This document shows, in pieces, positions 9,922 through 19,857 of a stretch of DNA of 64,000 bases. The position numbers and the translations under genes were made by a program. Location of the stretch: contig JBDHJS010000011.1 of assembly GCA_039586795.1 (NCBI GenBank), forward strand, positions 32,001 through 96,000, written 5' to 3'. The notes under the pieces are model-generated. The model was not told where the DNA came from. It was given only the letters and a program-made list of their open reading frames with translations, and searched no databases. The first letter of the stretch is position 1. Every line of letters starts with the position of its first letter. The DNA comes from Gemmatimonadota bacterium (GTDB taxonomy: Bacteria > Gemmatimonadota > Gemmatimonadetes > Palauibacterales > KS3-K002).

Positions 9922-10121
9922 TGGATATCCCTCCTGGGTTTAGCGAGCTATGCCGGATCGCGAGGAGGCTCTCTGCCTCCCCGCTGATCCACCGTCGCTA
10001 GGTAGATATCACGCGACCATAACGGGCCCGCAACGACTGTGTAACAGCTATGTATCGAAGCACAGTCCCGTATCGCGAAGGACCTCCCTACCAGAGCAAG
10101 GCTGAGACGGAAAGACCAGGT

Positions 10122-10784
10122 TCACATGCCGGCCAATCGGATGATGAACCCGACGCTGAACACCAGATCGTTCTGCACTTTCGAGCAGGGACTGAACGTG
10201 CCTACTTCCGGATCGTCCTCCAGTTTTGGTTCGAATCGGTAGAAATAGTCCTCGGCGTCGATGCGGATCGCGAACCTCGGCGATAGATCTATCGCGCCGC
10301 CCAGGTTCACGACACCGCCCAGGTCGGTCGTGGCGTCCGCTGCCTCCCAGAAATCTCCCACGTGACCCGACACTGCAAAGCCGAGGCCCGCAAAAACGTA
10401 CCAACCTCGGTACGTCCCGGGCGCGTACCTGAACATCAACTTCGAGCTGGCAAACCAGACGTTGGCGGCACAATTGGTGCCCTGTGCGCACGCATCCGTA
10501 CCGTCCGCCGCTTTCAGCTGTGCATCGCTAATGCTGTAAGCGAAGTTGCCTTCCCAACCGACGATGCGCCCCCACCAGCCGATCAGGCGCGCGCCGAATG
10601 TCGCGCCGGCGTTCTGCTTGATCTCGTAGTCGGTCCCGCTGATCGTCGCGGTGCCCAACTCTCGAGTCGGCACGAAGACTCCGCCGTACGGAATCCACTC
10701 GAACGTCGCCCCTTGTGCTGCTGCGCCGCTGGCACAGACCAGCATAAGGAACGTGGCCGCTACACAACTTCGCCTGACATTCAC
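10122..10784 (-). CDS. Small outer-membrane beta-barrel protein
   Basis: Signal peptide AAAQ; alternating aromatic beta-strands; C-terminal FSVGFIIRL. Confidence 0.75.
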   Translation of the reverse strand: MNVRRSCVAATFLMLVCASGAAAQGATFEWIPYGGVFVPTRELGTATISGTDYEIKQNAGATFGARLIGWWGRIVGWEGNFAYSISDAQLKAADGTDACAQGTNCAANVWFASSKLMFRYAPGTYRGWYVFAGLGFAVSGHVGDFWEAADATTDLGGVVNLGGAIDLSPRFAIRIDAEDYFYRFEPKLEDDPEVGTFSPCSKVQNDLVFSVGFIIRLAGM

Positions 10785-10803
10785 AAAGCTCTCCCGATTT
10801 CGA

Positions 10804-12735
10804 TCACCGCCCAGGAGTGTACCAAATCGGACTTGTGTATGCCCGCTCCTGCGTGATCATCGGCACCTCTGACGGCAGCGTAATGCCGAAGCGCTTGGCC
10901 TCGTACGCCGTCCAGCGCGGCGTCGGGATCTCAAGCACTCGGGCGTAGTAGACAGCCGGCACGTCAGGATCGAAATCGGGATCGGTCCACACCTTGATCA
11001 ACTCCGGGGCACCGATCGTGTTGGTCCAGGTGGCGTTGGCGACGTCCACCGTATTGCCCACCGGCGGCAACTTGCCATCCGCACCGATCGTGCGATCGCC
11101 AGACCACTCCACATCGTAGACCCGCTCGTTGCGGTTTCCGTCGTCGTCCAGCCAGCCCTTCACGATCTGGATACGATCGAGGTTGCCGGAGAGCGGGTCC
11201 TTGAGCGCCGCTACGAGGAAGGTAGGTGCCCCACCATTCGGCGCCGGCGGCAGGTCGGCGCCCATGGGGACGCCCTTCATGTAGCCGGCGTTGGCCGGCA
11301 AGCGGCTCTGCGCGTCCTCTTCGGTGAACTCCCAGCCGCCGAAGAAGCGCACGAGCATCCGCGGCCCAGTGGTCGCGTAGGTCTCCTTGCGCATCATCGC
11401 GTCGAAGATCGCTTCGCGCGTGTTCTCCGTCGCCCAGACGGCGGCGTAGCCCGAACTGACCATGTCCCAGCTCTCGTACTTCTTGTCGCCAAGCTGGGCC
11501 ATCGGGTGCTGGTAGCGAACAGGACTCGGTTCCGTGCCCGAGTGCTTGCCGAAGAAGTTCTCTTCCTCGGCGGTGGCGAGCCCCGTATGGCTGTCGGTAG
11601 AGCCGATCATGCCGAACTTGTACGGGTTCACGCCAAGCTCCTGCTCCAGCTGCAAACCGATCTGGAGGCCGCTACGCGCGTACTCGTACTGCAGCATGTC
11701 GTTCTCTTTCGCCACGCTGAGGTCGAGGTTGCCCTGGTCCCAGGTCTCGTAGTCGGCGAACTCGTCATTCGGCGAGAGGAACGGATGCGCCTCGCCGTCA
11801 CCCTTGATCTGGGTCACCTCGTAGAGCGGCTCCCACTTCGCACGGGTCTCGGCATAGGCGCGGTCGAACGACCGACCGGTGAACGGGTCGAGGATCGGGA
11901 ACATGATGCCGTTGCTCAGGTTGCCGTTGTGGGCAATCGCGAGGACCTGGCCGCCGGTCTTGTCCTCGTACGCACTCAGCCAGTTCCAAAGGTCACGCGG
12001 GTTGTCGCTGCCCAGCGGCGCCAGGGTTGTGTAGGGCTCCACGACACCGGCTTTGTCGCCATCGTCGCGGAAGATCACGACGCGATGCAGGTTGTTGCCC
12101 GCGGTATTGGACGTCCACTCGTAGCCGATGAACGCCGTAAACTCACCGGGATCGTTGTACTCCTCGGCCGCGTCTATCGTCTCATCCCACGCATCACGAT
12201 AGGCCTTGCTGCCCGGTAACGAAGCCAGCGCTTCGGGGAACTCGTTGTTCGAAAACGCCGTGATGACCTCGACGGCGACCTGTACACCCTGTTGCCCACC
12301 TTCCTGAATCATCCCGTACCACCGCTTGCCGGTGGGGTCGGCCAGGAACTCCGGATCGCCGGCAAACAGCCGCGGGAAGAACCCCATGTTGTCCGAATGA
12401 TCCGCGACGACGAGGAAGTCGAGCGGCCTGGAGAGCTTCACCTGTAGACCCGTCGATGAAGTGAGTTCCTCACCTCGGGCAAAGCGGTAGGCATCTACCG
12501 GAGTGAGCCGCGCGCCGAACGCGCCTGCATCCATCGACATCCCCGTATGCAAATGCGTATCGCCCCAGAAGACCTCGGTCGGGAAGTTTCGCCCCGCATA
12601 CGGCGAGTAGTGCTTCTGCGCCTTGAACGCGCCCTCCAGCGACTCGGGCGGGGGCACCGGGTCCTGAGCCAGCGCGGGTGCACTAAGTAAGGCTCCCGCC
12701 AGCGCCAGAAAGATCAAGCATCTCGTGCTCTTCAT
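10804..12735 (-). CDS. DUF3604 protein (PHP-like metallohydrolase fold), paralog 1
   Basis: FWGDTHLHT, DHSD, GYEWTS, NLHRVV, HNGN, GSTDSH, QERAYTSPIWY; signal peptide from the ATG at 12735. Confidence 0.9.
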   Translation of the reverse strand: MKSTRCLIFLALAGALLSAPALAQDPVPPPESLEGAFKAQKHYSPYAGRNFPTEVFWGDTHLHTGMSMDAGAFGARLTPVDAYRFARGEELTSSTGLQVKLSRPLDFLVVADHSDNMGFFPRLFAGDPEFLADPTGKRWYGMIQEGGQQGVQVAVEVITAFSNNEFPEALASLPGSKAYRDAWDETIDAAEEYNDPGEFTAFIGYEWTSNTAGNNLHRVVIFRDDGDKAGVVEPYTTLAPLGSDNPRDLWNWLSAYEDKTGGQVLAIAHNGNLSNGIMFPILDPFTGRSFDRAYAETRAKWEPLYEVTQIKGDGEAHPFLSPNDEFADYETWDQGNLDLSVAKENDMLQYEYARSGLQIGLQLEQELGVNPYKFGMIGSTDSHTGLATAEEENFFGKHSGTEPSPVRYQHPMAQLGDKKYESWDMVSSGYAAVWATENTREAIFDAMMRKETYATTGPRMLVRFFGGWEFTEEDAQSRLPANAGYMKGVPMGADLPPAPNGGAPTFLVAALKDPLSGNLDRIQIVKGWLDDDGNRNERVYDVEWSGDRTIGADGKLPPVGNTVDVANATWTNTIGAPELIKVWTDPDFDPDVPAVYYARVLEIPTPRWTAYEAKRFGITLPSEVPMITQERAYTSPIWYTPGR

Positions 12736-12814
12736 TATCATACCATCCCTGGTTGAGGCTATCGCTATCTCACCAACCACCCATTTACAGCTTACCGCTT
12801 ACCGTCTACCGAAC

Positions 12815-14740
12815 CTACGGCGTATACCAAATCGGACTCGTATACGCCCGCTCCTGCGTGACCATCGGCACCTCGGCCGACATCGTGATCCCAAAGCGCT
12901 TCGCATCGTACGCCGTCCAGCGTGGTGTCGGGATCTCGATCACCCGAGCATAATAGACGGCTGGCAGATCTGGATCGAAGTCCGGATCGGTCCAGACCGT
13001 GATCAGCTCGGGATCGCCGATCGTGTTCGTCCACGTCGCGTTGGCAACATCCACCGTGTTGCCCACCGGCGGCAGCTTGCCGTCGGAGCCGATCCTGCGA
13101 TCGCCGGACCACGCCACGTCGTAGACCCTTTCGTTTCGATTGCCGTCGTCATCCAGCCACCCCTTCACGATCTGGATACGATCGAGGTTGCCGGAGAACG
13201 GATCTTTGAGCGCCGCCACCAAGAACGTCGGCGCGCCGCCGCCCGTCCGCGAGGGCAGGTCGGCGCCCATGGGGACACCCTTCATGTAGCCGACATCGGC
13301 CGGCAAGCGGTTCTGAGCGTCCGCATCCGTGAACTCCCAGCCGCCGAAGAAGCGAACCATCATGCGCGAGCCGGTCGTCGCGTACACTTCACGCCGTTTC
13401 ATCGCATCCCAGATCGCTTCCCGCGTGTTCTCAGTCGCCCACACGGCAGCATACCCGGACGACGCCTGCTCCCAGCCCACGATCGTCACGTCGCCCATTG
13501 CGAGTACAGGGTGTTCCCATCGCATCGGGTCCGGCTCCGTGCCCGAGTGCTTGCCAAAGAAGTTCTCTTCCGCGGCCGTGGCGAGCGATGTGTGGCTATC
13601 TGTGGAGCCGATCATGCCGAACTTGTAAGGATTGACGCCGACCCGTTGCTCGACCTGCAGTCCCAGCTGCAGGGCGGTGCGGGCATACTCGTGCTGCAAC
13701 ATGTCGTCTGTCTTCAGCTCGCTTAGGTTCAGATTGCCCTTGTCCCAAGTCTCGTAGTCGGCGAACTCGTCGTCCGGCGAGAGGAACGGATGCGCTTCTC
13801 CGTCCCCCTTGATCTGTGTCGCCTCGTAAAGCGGCTCCCAGCGGAACCGCGTCTCGGCGTACTCCCGGGTCAGCCTCTGGTTGGTGACCGGGTTGATGAG
13901 CGGGAACATCATCCCGTTGCTCAAGTTGCCGTTGTGCGCAATGGCCAGCAACTGTCCTCCCGTCTTGTCCTCGTAGGCCTGCAGAACCTGCCACAGATCT
14001 TCTGGATGAACGCTGCCCGCCGGCGGCAACATAGTGAACGGCTCGGTCTGGATCGCCTTGTCACCATCGTCCCGGTAGACGACCACGCGGTGCAGGTTGT
14101 TGCCGGGTGGCGCCAGCGACGTCCACTCGTAACCGATGAAGGCCGTAAACCGGCCTGGATCGTCGTACTTCTCCGCCGCCTCGATGGTCGCCTCCCACGC
14201 CGACCGGTATGAAGCGCTACCCGGCGAGTAGACGAGCGCTTCCGGGACCGTGCCTCTCGACGCCATGTCGATGATTTCCAGCGCGGCCGCCACCGCCTGT
14301 TCACCACCCGCCTGGATCATACCGTACCAGCGCTTGCCCGTCGGGTCGGCGAGGATCTCCGGATTGCCCGCGAACAGGTCAGGGAAAAAGCCCATGTTGT
14401 CGGAGTGGTCGGCCACGACCAGCCAGTCAAGAGGTCGGAACAGTTTCACCCGTTGGCCGGTCGCCGACGTGACCTCCTCGCCCCGGGCGAAGCGATAAGC
14501 CTCGTCCAGGCCGAGCCGGTTGCCGAAAGCTCCCGCGTCCATCGACATCGCGGTGTGCAGGTGCGTGTCGCCCCAAAACACCTGGGTCGGGAAGTTGCGC
14601 CCCGCGTAGGGAGAGAAGTGATCCTGCGCCTTGAAAGCACCCTCGAGCGCTTCGGGCGGCGGCACCGGGTCCTGCGCATATGCGACGGACGGCAGCGCGA
14701 GGGCGATGGCCGCCGTCAGTAGAAGTCCCTTCGCTTTCAT
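12815..14740 (-). CDS. DUF3604 protein, paralog 2
   Basis: Same motif set as paralog 1, with long near-identical stretches. Confidence 0.9.
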   Translation of the reverse strand: MKAKGLLLTAAIALALPSVAYAQDPVPPPEALEGAFKAQDHFSPYAGRNFPTQVFWGDTHLHTAMSMDAGAFGNRLGLDEAYRFARGEEVTSATGQRVKLFRPLDWLVVADHSDNMGFFPDLFAGNPEILADPTGKRWYGMIQAGGEQAVAAALEIIDMASRGTVPEALVYSPGSASYRSAWEATIEAAEKYDDPGRFTAFIGYEWTSLAPPGNNLHRVVVYRDDGDKAIQTEPFTMLPPAGSVHPEDLWQVLQAYEDKTGGQLLAIAHNGNLSNGMMFPLINPVTNQRLTREYAETRFRWEPLYEATQIKGDGEAHPFLSPDDEFADYETWDKGNLNLSELKTDDMLQHEYARTALQLGLQVEQRVGVNPYKFGMIGSTDSHTSLATAAEENFFGKHSGTEPDPMRWEHPVLAMGDVTIVGWEQASSGYAAVWATENTREAIWDAMKRREVYATTGSRMMVRFFGGWEFTDADAQNRLPADVGYMKGVPMGADLPSRTGGGAPTFLVAALKDPFSGNLDRIQIVKGWLDDDGNRNERVYDVAWSGDRRIGSDGKLPPVGNTVDVANATWTNTIGDPELITVWTDPDFDPDLPAVYYARVIEIPTPRWTAYDAKRFGITMSAEVPMVTQERAYTSPIWYTP

Positions 14741-14765
14741 GGTTCCCTCCAGTATCTAGCATTGC

Positions 14766-16994
14766 TCACCGAATCCGCTCCTGTTCCAGCACCTCTATGG
14801 AGCGGATCTTCCACATGCCATCAATAGGTACAACGGCGACGCGGGTGTCGTAGCGGTTCTGGCGAAAGTGGCGGTGCCCGAAGTGGGTCACCGTTCCACC
14901 GACAGTCCACGAAGCGTCGGCGTTAAAGCCTCCGTCGTCTCTTGGCTCGATCGCGCCGACATCGAGCACCTCCACGGCGTCGACCAGAGCTCGTGCACCG
15001 CCCCGCTCTTCCATCTCCAGTGAGCGACGATGCTGCAGGTAGACATCCGTCAGCGTCGCGCCCGTCACCGCGACGGCCAGGCGGTCGTAGGCGGCGGCTT
15101 CATCTCGGAACTCGAACGCGCGATACACGTTCGGAAGCACGCTCGCTAGGATGCGCCGCGCCGAGCTTTCTGATGGCGCCGACCCAAGAGAAGCCGACCC
15201 AAGAGAAGCTGGCAATGCGATGGCCACCCGTGCCAGCGGTCCGACGATCAGAGCCAAGGCCAGAGCGATCCGCGCGCCGGCGAATGAGGTGGTCCGCCGC
15301 CGGCCGCGCAGGCCGCCCACGAACAGAACGACGGCCGCCGCAAAAAGTGCCAGCGAGATCAACGGCAGCGGCAGGCGGGCCGGCTCGACGGCCACGCCGG
15401 TCACGGTGACCACCGGGTTCTCCATCAGGTCGTTCTCCCAACGGAGCGCCGGCTGTGCCTCCGTCAGTACCGTCGAAATCGACGCCTCGGGATCGATCAC
15501 GGTGGCCGGGACCGCTGGCGTCGCTTCGCTGAACTCGCTCCAGCTCAAGGTGACGGCGTCGGGCATACCCTCGATCAGGTAGACGATCGTCACGCCGACC
15601 AGCGCTGAGTCCAACGCTTCTCTGACCGGCGTTTGCCGCGGCAGCACGCCCGTCGCGTCGGCCGTCGCGAAACCGACCCGGTCGATGATCTCGTCAGCAA
15701 CTCTTCCATCGATCTCGACGACAGACTGCGACACGACCAGTTCGCCGATTTGCCGCGCGACTTCGCTCTGCGTCTCGATCTCGATATAGCCGTCGCGGCT
15801 GACTCGGAGATCGATAACGCTCGCAACTTCACCCACCCGCACCAAAACCTCGTTACGAACCTCGAACGGTTCCACCGCCAGGTAACTCTGGATCGGCGCA
15901 TCGATCGTTTGCGGCGCCAGTCGCCGTGAGACGGGCAAGCCGGAAGCAGTTCTCGCGCCGGACATACCTGGAAGCCGCGGGTTGGTCGTCACCGACGTCT
16001 CCGGTGCGGGACTGACGAATGCCAGCCCGAGCGCGGCGGCTACCGCCGTTCCACCGATCACGTAGGAGAGGGCAGGCCGAACCCAGGCGGTTCGCCAGCG
16101 GCGAGCGGCCAGCGTGCCGACGCCAGAGACCAGGAGGGCGAGGGCAAGCATTGCCGCGTCCATCCCCAGTACCAGTACGAGGAGCTCGGGCCAGGCAACG
16201 CCCGTCGCGTCCGGCGCCGCCGGTAGCAGGGCAGCCAGGGCGAGCCCGTGAAAGAGGCCGGCACCCGCTGCCAGTCCGTCGATGCGGCGTTGCTCGGGCT
16301 GCGCACGCAGAGTCTCCCGAGCCAGAAACGCCACCGCGATGGCAACGCAGATCTCGGCCGCCGCCGGCTCGAAGGCTCGGCCGATGACCGCGGTCAAAAC
16401 CACCGCCGTGAGCTGACCCACCGCGAAGGCGGAGACGAGGCGGATGGAACCTGTGGCACCGCCCAGCAGAATCAGCGCCAGCAGAAAGGCGACGTGCACC
16501 CAGTGTCCCACGACGTGGCGAGTACCGGTGAGGGTAGCGAGCCGCGCGTCGCGCAACCACGCGTCTATCGCTCCGATGTTCCCTGCCGGTAGCTGCCAGG
16601 ATTCCTCCAACGGATCCAGCGATTGTGCGAACCGCTCGCCAGACAGGAACTCGACTCGGATCACGGTGCTGATCGTCGGATTTGGCATCGGGTAGCTGAT
16701 GCCAACCGTTTTCCCGAGCAGCCCTTCGGAGCAGCGATAGACCTGGCGGTTCATCCAGCCGCTCGGTTGATCGAGGAAGATCCGCTCGCCTTCCGGTCGG
16801 CAACTCTCGGGCAGCACCGGCGTGGGCATCGCCCGAACCGGCAGAACTTTCGGCACGCGCCACTGCACCAGGAAGGAACCGGGCTCGCGCTCTTTGATCT
16901 GCACGTGAACGGGGCGCGTCACATCGCCGAACGCCGGCGCGACAGCCATCGCGACGGCCAGTGCGGAGAGCACCAGCCAAAGGCGCGTCGTCAC
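14766..16994 (-). CDS. HupE/UreJ-family membrane protein fused to a large C-terminal region
   Basis: G..H...HW.H..F...L and GLFHGLALA His motifs in the TM region; C-terminal VYRAF...GTVTHFGHRHFRQNRY. Confidence 0.75.
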   Translation of the reverse strand: MTTRLWLVLSALAVAMAVAPAFGDVTRPVHVQIKEREPGSFLVQWRVPKVLPVRAMPTPVLPESCRPEGERIFLDQPSGWMNRQVYRCSEGLLGKTVGISYPMPNPTISTVIRVEFLSGERFAQSLDPLEESWQLPAGNIGAIDAWLRDARLATLTGTRHVVGHWVHVAFLLALILLGGATGSIRLVSAFAVGQLTAVVLTAVIGRAFEPAAAEICVAIAVAFLARETLRAQPEQRRIDGLAAGAGLFHGLALAALLPAAPDATGVAWPELLVLVLGMDAAMLALALLVSGVGTLAARRWRTAWVRPALSYVIGGTAVAAALGLAFVSPAPETSVTTNPRLPGMSGARTASGLPVSRRLAPQTIDAPIQSYLAVEPFEVRNEVLVRVGEVASVIDLRVSRDGYIEIETQSEVARQIGELVVSQSVVEIDGRVADEIIDRVGFATADATGVLPRQTPVREALDSALVGVTIVYLIEGMPDAVTLSWSEFSEATPAVPATVIDPEASISTVLTEAQPALRWENDLMENPVVTVTGVAVEPARLPLPLISLALFAAAVVLFVGGLRGRRRTTSFAGARIALALALIVGPLARVAIALPASLGSASLGSAPSESSARRILASVLPNVYRAFEFRDEAAAYDRLAVAVTGATLTDVYLQHRRSLEMEERGGARALVDAVEVLDVGAIEPRDDGGFNADASWTVGGTVTHFGHRHFRQNRYDTRVAVVPIDGMWKIRSIEVLEQERIR

Positions 16995-17890
16995 CGGTCG
17001 CCTCCGCTGTTGTCTACCTGGAGCGATCGCTCGCGAATTGCTTCTTCGTCGATCGTTACGGCGTAGCCTTCCAACAGGCCGGCCAGCATGGCGTCGTTCG
17101 CTCGTTGCCGCAGCTCTGACGCGAAGTCTCGCTCCACGAGGTTGCGCACTTCGGCCAGCTCGGGCACGCGCCCCTCCTGAACATCGCTCACCCGCACCAA
17201 GTGCAGCCCGTAGCCCGACGCGACGGGACCTTCCCAGTCGCCGGGCTCCAGCTCGAACAGCGCGTCCGCGAAGCGCTGCCCGAACGCACGCCTGACGTCA
17301 TCCGGTGATTGGGCAGAGTAGTCGTGTTGCAGCATGAAGCGATCGCCACGCTCCGGCGCACGGGCCACCGGACTCGGCAATGCCCTCAGTTCGGCCAACT
17401 CCCGCTCCGCGTCGTCGTATACGGACTCCCCGCGGCGATCGACGTTGTAGTAGATGTGCGTGAAGCTGCGTAACTCCGGCAGTCGATAGTCGTCCAGGTT
17501 CTCCTGGAAGAAGGCAAGCAGCTCCGCCTGCGTCGGCTGCGCCTGCGCGGCCAGGTCTTCGGTGAGGAATTCTATCTTCTGGACCATGCGCCGGCGGATG
17601 ACCTCATCGTCCCGGTCCATCCCCAACTTCAGCGCCTCGCGATACAACACTTCCTGGCGCACCCAATCGTCCGCCAGGCCGCGGAGCTCGGCCTCGGTGG
17701 GTGGACGTTGCCAGCGCGCCTCCCAGTTGGCCGACAGCCATTCGACTTCCGAGAGGCCGACCTCTATACGCTGGCTCGCTTCTTCCTCGGCGCGTCCGCT
17801 GAACAAGGAGTAGCCTGCGAACAGCGCTACCCCCAAGACGAGGAAGTGCACCAGCGGCTCGCGGAGGAAACTCCGCAGTCTATCACTCAT
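16991..17890 (-). CDS. PpiC/parvulin-like peptidyl-prolyl isomerase
   Basis: REPLVHFL anchor, EVLYREA..LG.D..D.VIRRR, FG..FA..LF, W.GPV.SGYGLHLV. Confidence 0.88.
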   Translation of the reverse strand: MSDRLRSFLREPLVHFLVLGVALFAGYSLFSGRAEEEASQRIEVGLSEVEWLSANWEARWQRPPTEAELRGLADDWVRQEVLYREALKLGMDRDDEVIRRRMVQKIEFLTEDLAAQAQPTQAELLAFFQENLDDYRLPELRSFTHIYYNVDRRGESVYDDAERELAELRALPSPVARAPERGDRFMLQHDYSAQSPDDVRRAFGQRFADALFELEPGDWEGPVASGYGLHLVRVSDVQEGRVPELAEVRNLVERDFASELRQRANDAMLAGLLEGYAVTIDEEAIRERSLQVDNSGGDR

Positions 17891-18064
17891 GTGCAGCTAA
17901 CTCCGCCGCAAAACGGCTTCACCTGGTTGTATCCTGAATCCAGCGCCAAGATAGAGCATCATCCAAGGCCAGCAAGACCTGGAGCGGCCTTCTATGTGCC
18001 TTCGTAACACGATATTACGGGTGGGCTGGTCGTCTAGTAACGGCGAGCTCGGCGGGCATGTTCC

Positions 18065-18967
18065 TCACCAGCGGAATTGATAGAAGAGACCGACGGAATC
18101 GAAGTCGGCGCCGCGCTCGACCCGGGCGCCGCTGGCCAGGACCAGCCGCAGTGTGTGCCTCCGGGCGATGGGGACGGCGAACGTCAGTCCGAACCTGAAC
18201 GTGGAGATCCGTGTGTCCTTCTCGGCGCCATCGAGGGTCGTCCGACCGCCATAGCCGTACCCGCCGTCCAGCGCCAGCCACCACCCCCTGGGGAAAGAAC
18301 GGATTACGTGCAGCTTCCCGACCAGCAGCGGCCGCTGCTCCACCGTGGAGCCGCCGAAGAAGTCGGTGTTGTCGGTGAAGAACCAGGCGCCGGCGAACGC
18401 CTCGAAGGTCCATCGGCGGACGACCTGGGAGATGCCGATCTGGGTTCTAAAGGTCCAGCGATTCGAGCCGAGGTTGAGCAGCCTGGACGAATCGTACTGG
18501 CCCAACGGCGTGATCAGTTGGAGGCTGGCCCCGACGATAGTCTTCTGTACGTAGCCAGCATACTCGGCCGGTCGTAGCGCCGGCGCGCCGACGAAGTTCA
18601 CCGACAGACGAACGCGGGGATCCCCAAACCCGGTGACCGCCCGCGCCGTGTCGACCCCTTCAAGTTGACCCTTCCAGTCCGCGTCAGCGAAAGAGACCAC
18701 CACGTCGAGCTTGCTGGATAAACCGAAGAAATCGATGGCGCGCACGTAGGCGCCGATGAAGGTGTGCAGCTTGGCGTCGAGGTCTTCGATGGGGACGACC
18801 GGATCGAGTAGTATGTTCCCCTGGGCGTACACGTAGCCGGCCGCAGCGAAGTTCCATCCGACTGGAACGTTGGTGAGCGCCCGGGGCTCGAGCTCCTGGC
18901 CGCTACCTTGGACAGCGGCCAGGTGAAGCACGAGGGCAAGGAGAGCCAGCCTGCGCATTTGCTTCAT
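18065..18967 (-). CDS. Outer-membrane transporter (MetA-pathway/phenol-degradation-like barrel)
   Basis: QELEPRA..N.PVG.N, GFGDP, PLGQYD..RL.NLG.NRW; ends YQFRW. Confidence 0.78.
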   Translation of the reverse strand: MKQMRRLALLALVLHLAAVQGSGQELEPRALTNVPVGWNFAAAGYVYAQGNILLDPVVPIEDLDAKLHTFIGAYVRAIDFFGLSSKLDVVVSFADADWKGQLEGVDTARAVTGFGDPRVRLSVNFVGAPALRPAEYAGYVQKTIVGASLQLITPLGQYDSSRLLNLGSNRWTFRTQIGISQVVRRWTFEAFAGAWFFTDNTDFFGGSTVEQRPLLVGKLHVIRSFPRGWWLALDGGYGYGGRTTLDGAEKDTRISTFRFGLTFAVPIARRHTLRLVLASGARVERGADFDSVGLFYQFRW

Positions 18968-18987
18968 ATCTTCAGAAGCAGCGCCCG

Positions 18988-19851
18988 CTAGCCAACCGGG
19001 ATCACATAGGTGACGTTCGCCCGGAGTTTAGTCTCCGCGGCCGGGCCCAGCCAGTCATCGGTGGCGAACTCGGTCGCGTACTCGACATAGAAGTTCCAGG
19101 AACCCTTGGGCTTGACCAGCACGTAGCCGAAGCGGACGCCGAGCGGCACCTTCCACCCTCCGAACTCCCAGCTGTGCTGCGCCTGCATGTCGTTGCTGGC
19201 GATGTACCAGCCTTTGCCTAACTGGTAGTTGATGAACGGGTTGATCACGAGCGGGTGGGCACCCGTTTCCGTTCCTTCGCCCGGCGTCACCGTCGGCGGT
19301 CCTTCTTCGGGTTGACCGATATCCACCACATCCCGCTTCCCCCACACCTGCTGCACCAGCAGACCGACCATCATCTTGTCGTTGAAGAAGCGCTGGATGA
19401 CGGCAGCCGCAACACCGAATGACCACTCGCTGCTGCCGACTTTCGAGCTACCCGGGATGACGATGTCGGGCCCGAGGCCCGCGCGTCCCGTCCCCCAGTC
19501 CCACGGTACGATGAGCGCGAACAGATCAGTGGGGCTGAGCCCCCACTCGCCGTCTTTGTTCTGGGTGTAACGAATCGTGAGTCTCGGGAGGATCTTTATC
19601 TTTCCGATCGGAATCGGAGCTACCATACGATACTGAAAGAAGCTCTGGTTACCCTCTGGCCGGACTTCACCCGTGACCATCGTGTCCGATCGGTAGTCCG
19701 GCATGGCCTGATAGGCGAACTGCAGCGACCACTGCGAGGCGGTGGCGTCATTCACCGCCGACTCGCGGCTCTGTTGGGCCGCGGCGCTATTGGTTGTCAA
19801 CGCGAGCACCAGCACCCCGCAAACACCCGCTATGGTCTTTCTCATTCGCAC
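18988..19851 (-). CDS. Putative outer-membrane beta-barrel protein
   Basis: Signal peptide; G..EW..G..A, INPFINY...GWY, W.VPLG motifs. Confidence 0.65.
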   Translation of the reverse strand: MRMRKTIAGVCGVLVLALTTNSAAAQQSRESAVNDATASQWSLQFAYQAMPDYRSDTMVTGEVRPEGNQSFFQYRMVAPIPIGKIKILPRLTIRYTQNKDGEWGLSPTDLFALIVPWDWGTGRAGLGPDIVIPGSSKVGSSEWSFGVAAAVIQRFFNDKMMVGLLVQQVWGKRDVVDIGQPEEGPPTVTPGEGTETGAHPLVINPFINYQLGKGWYIASNDMQAQHSWEFGGWKVPLGVRFGYVLVKPKGSWNFYVEYATEFATDDWLGPAAETKLRANVTYVIPVG

Positions 19852-19857
19852 ATCCTC

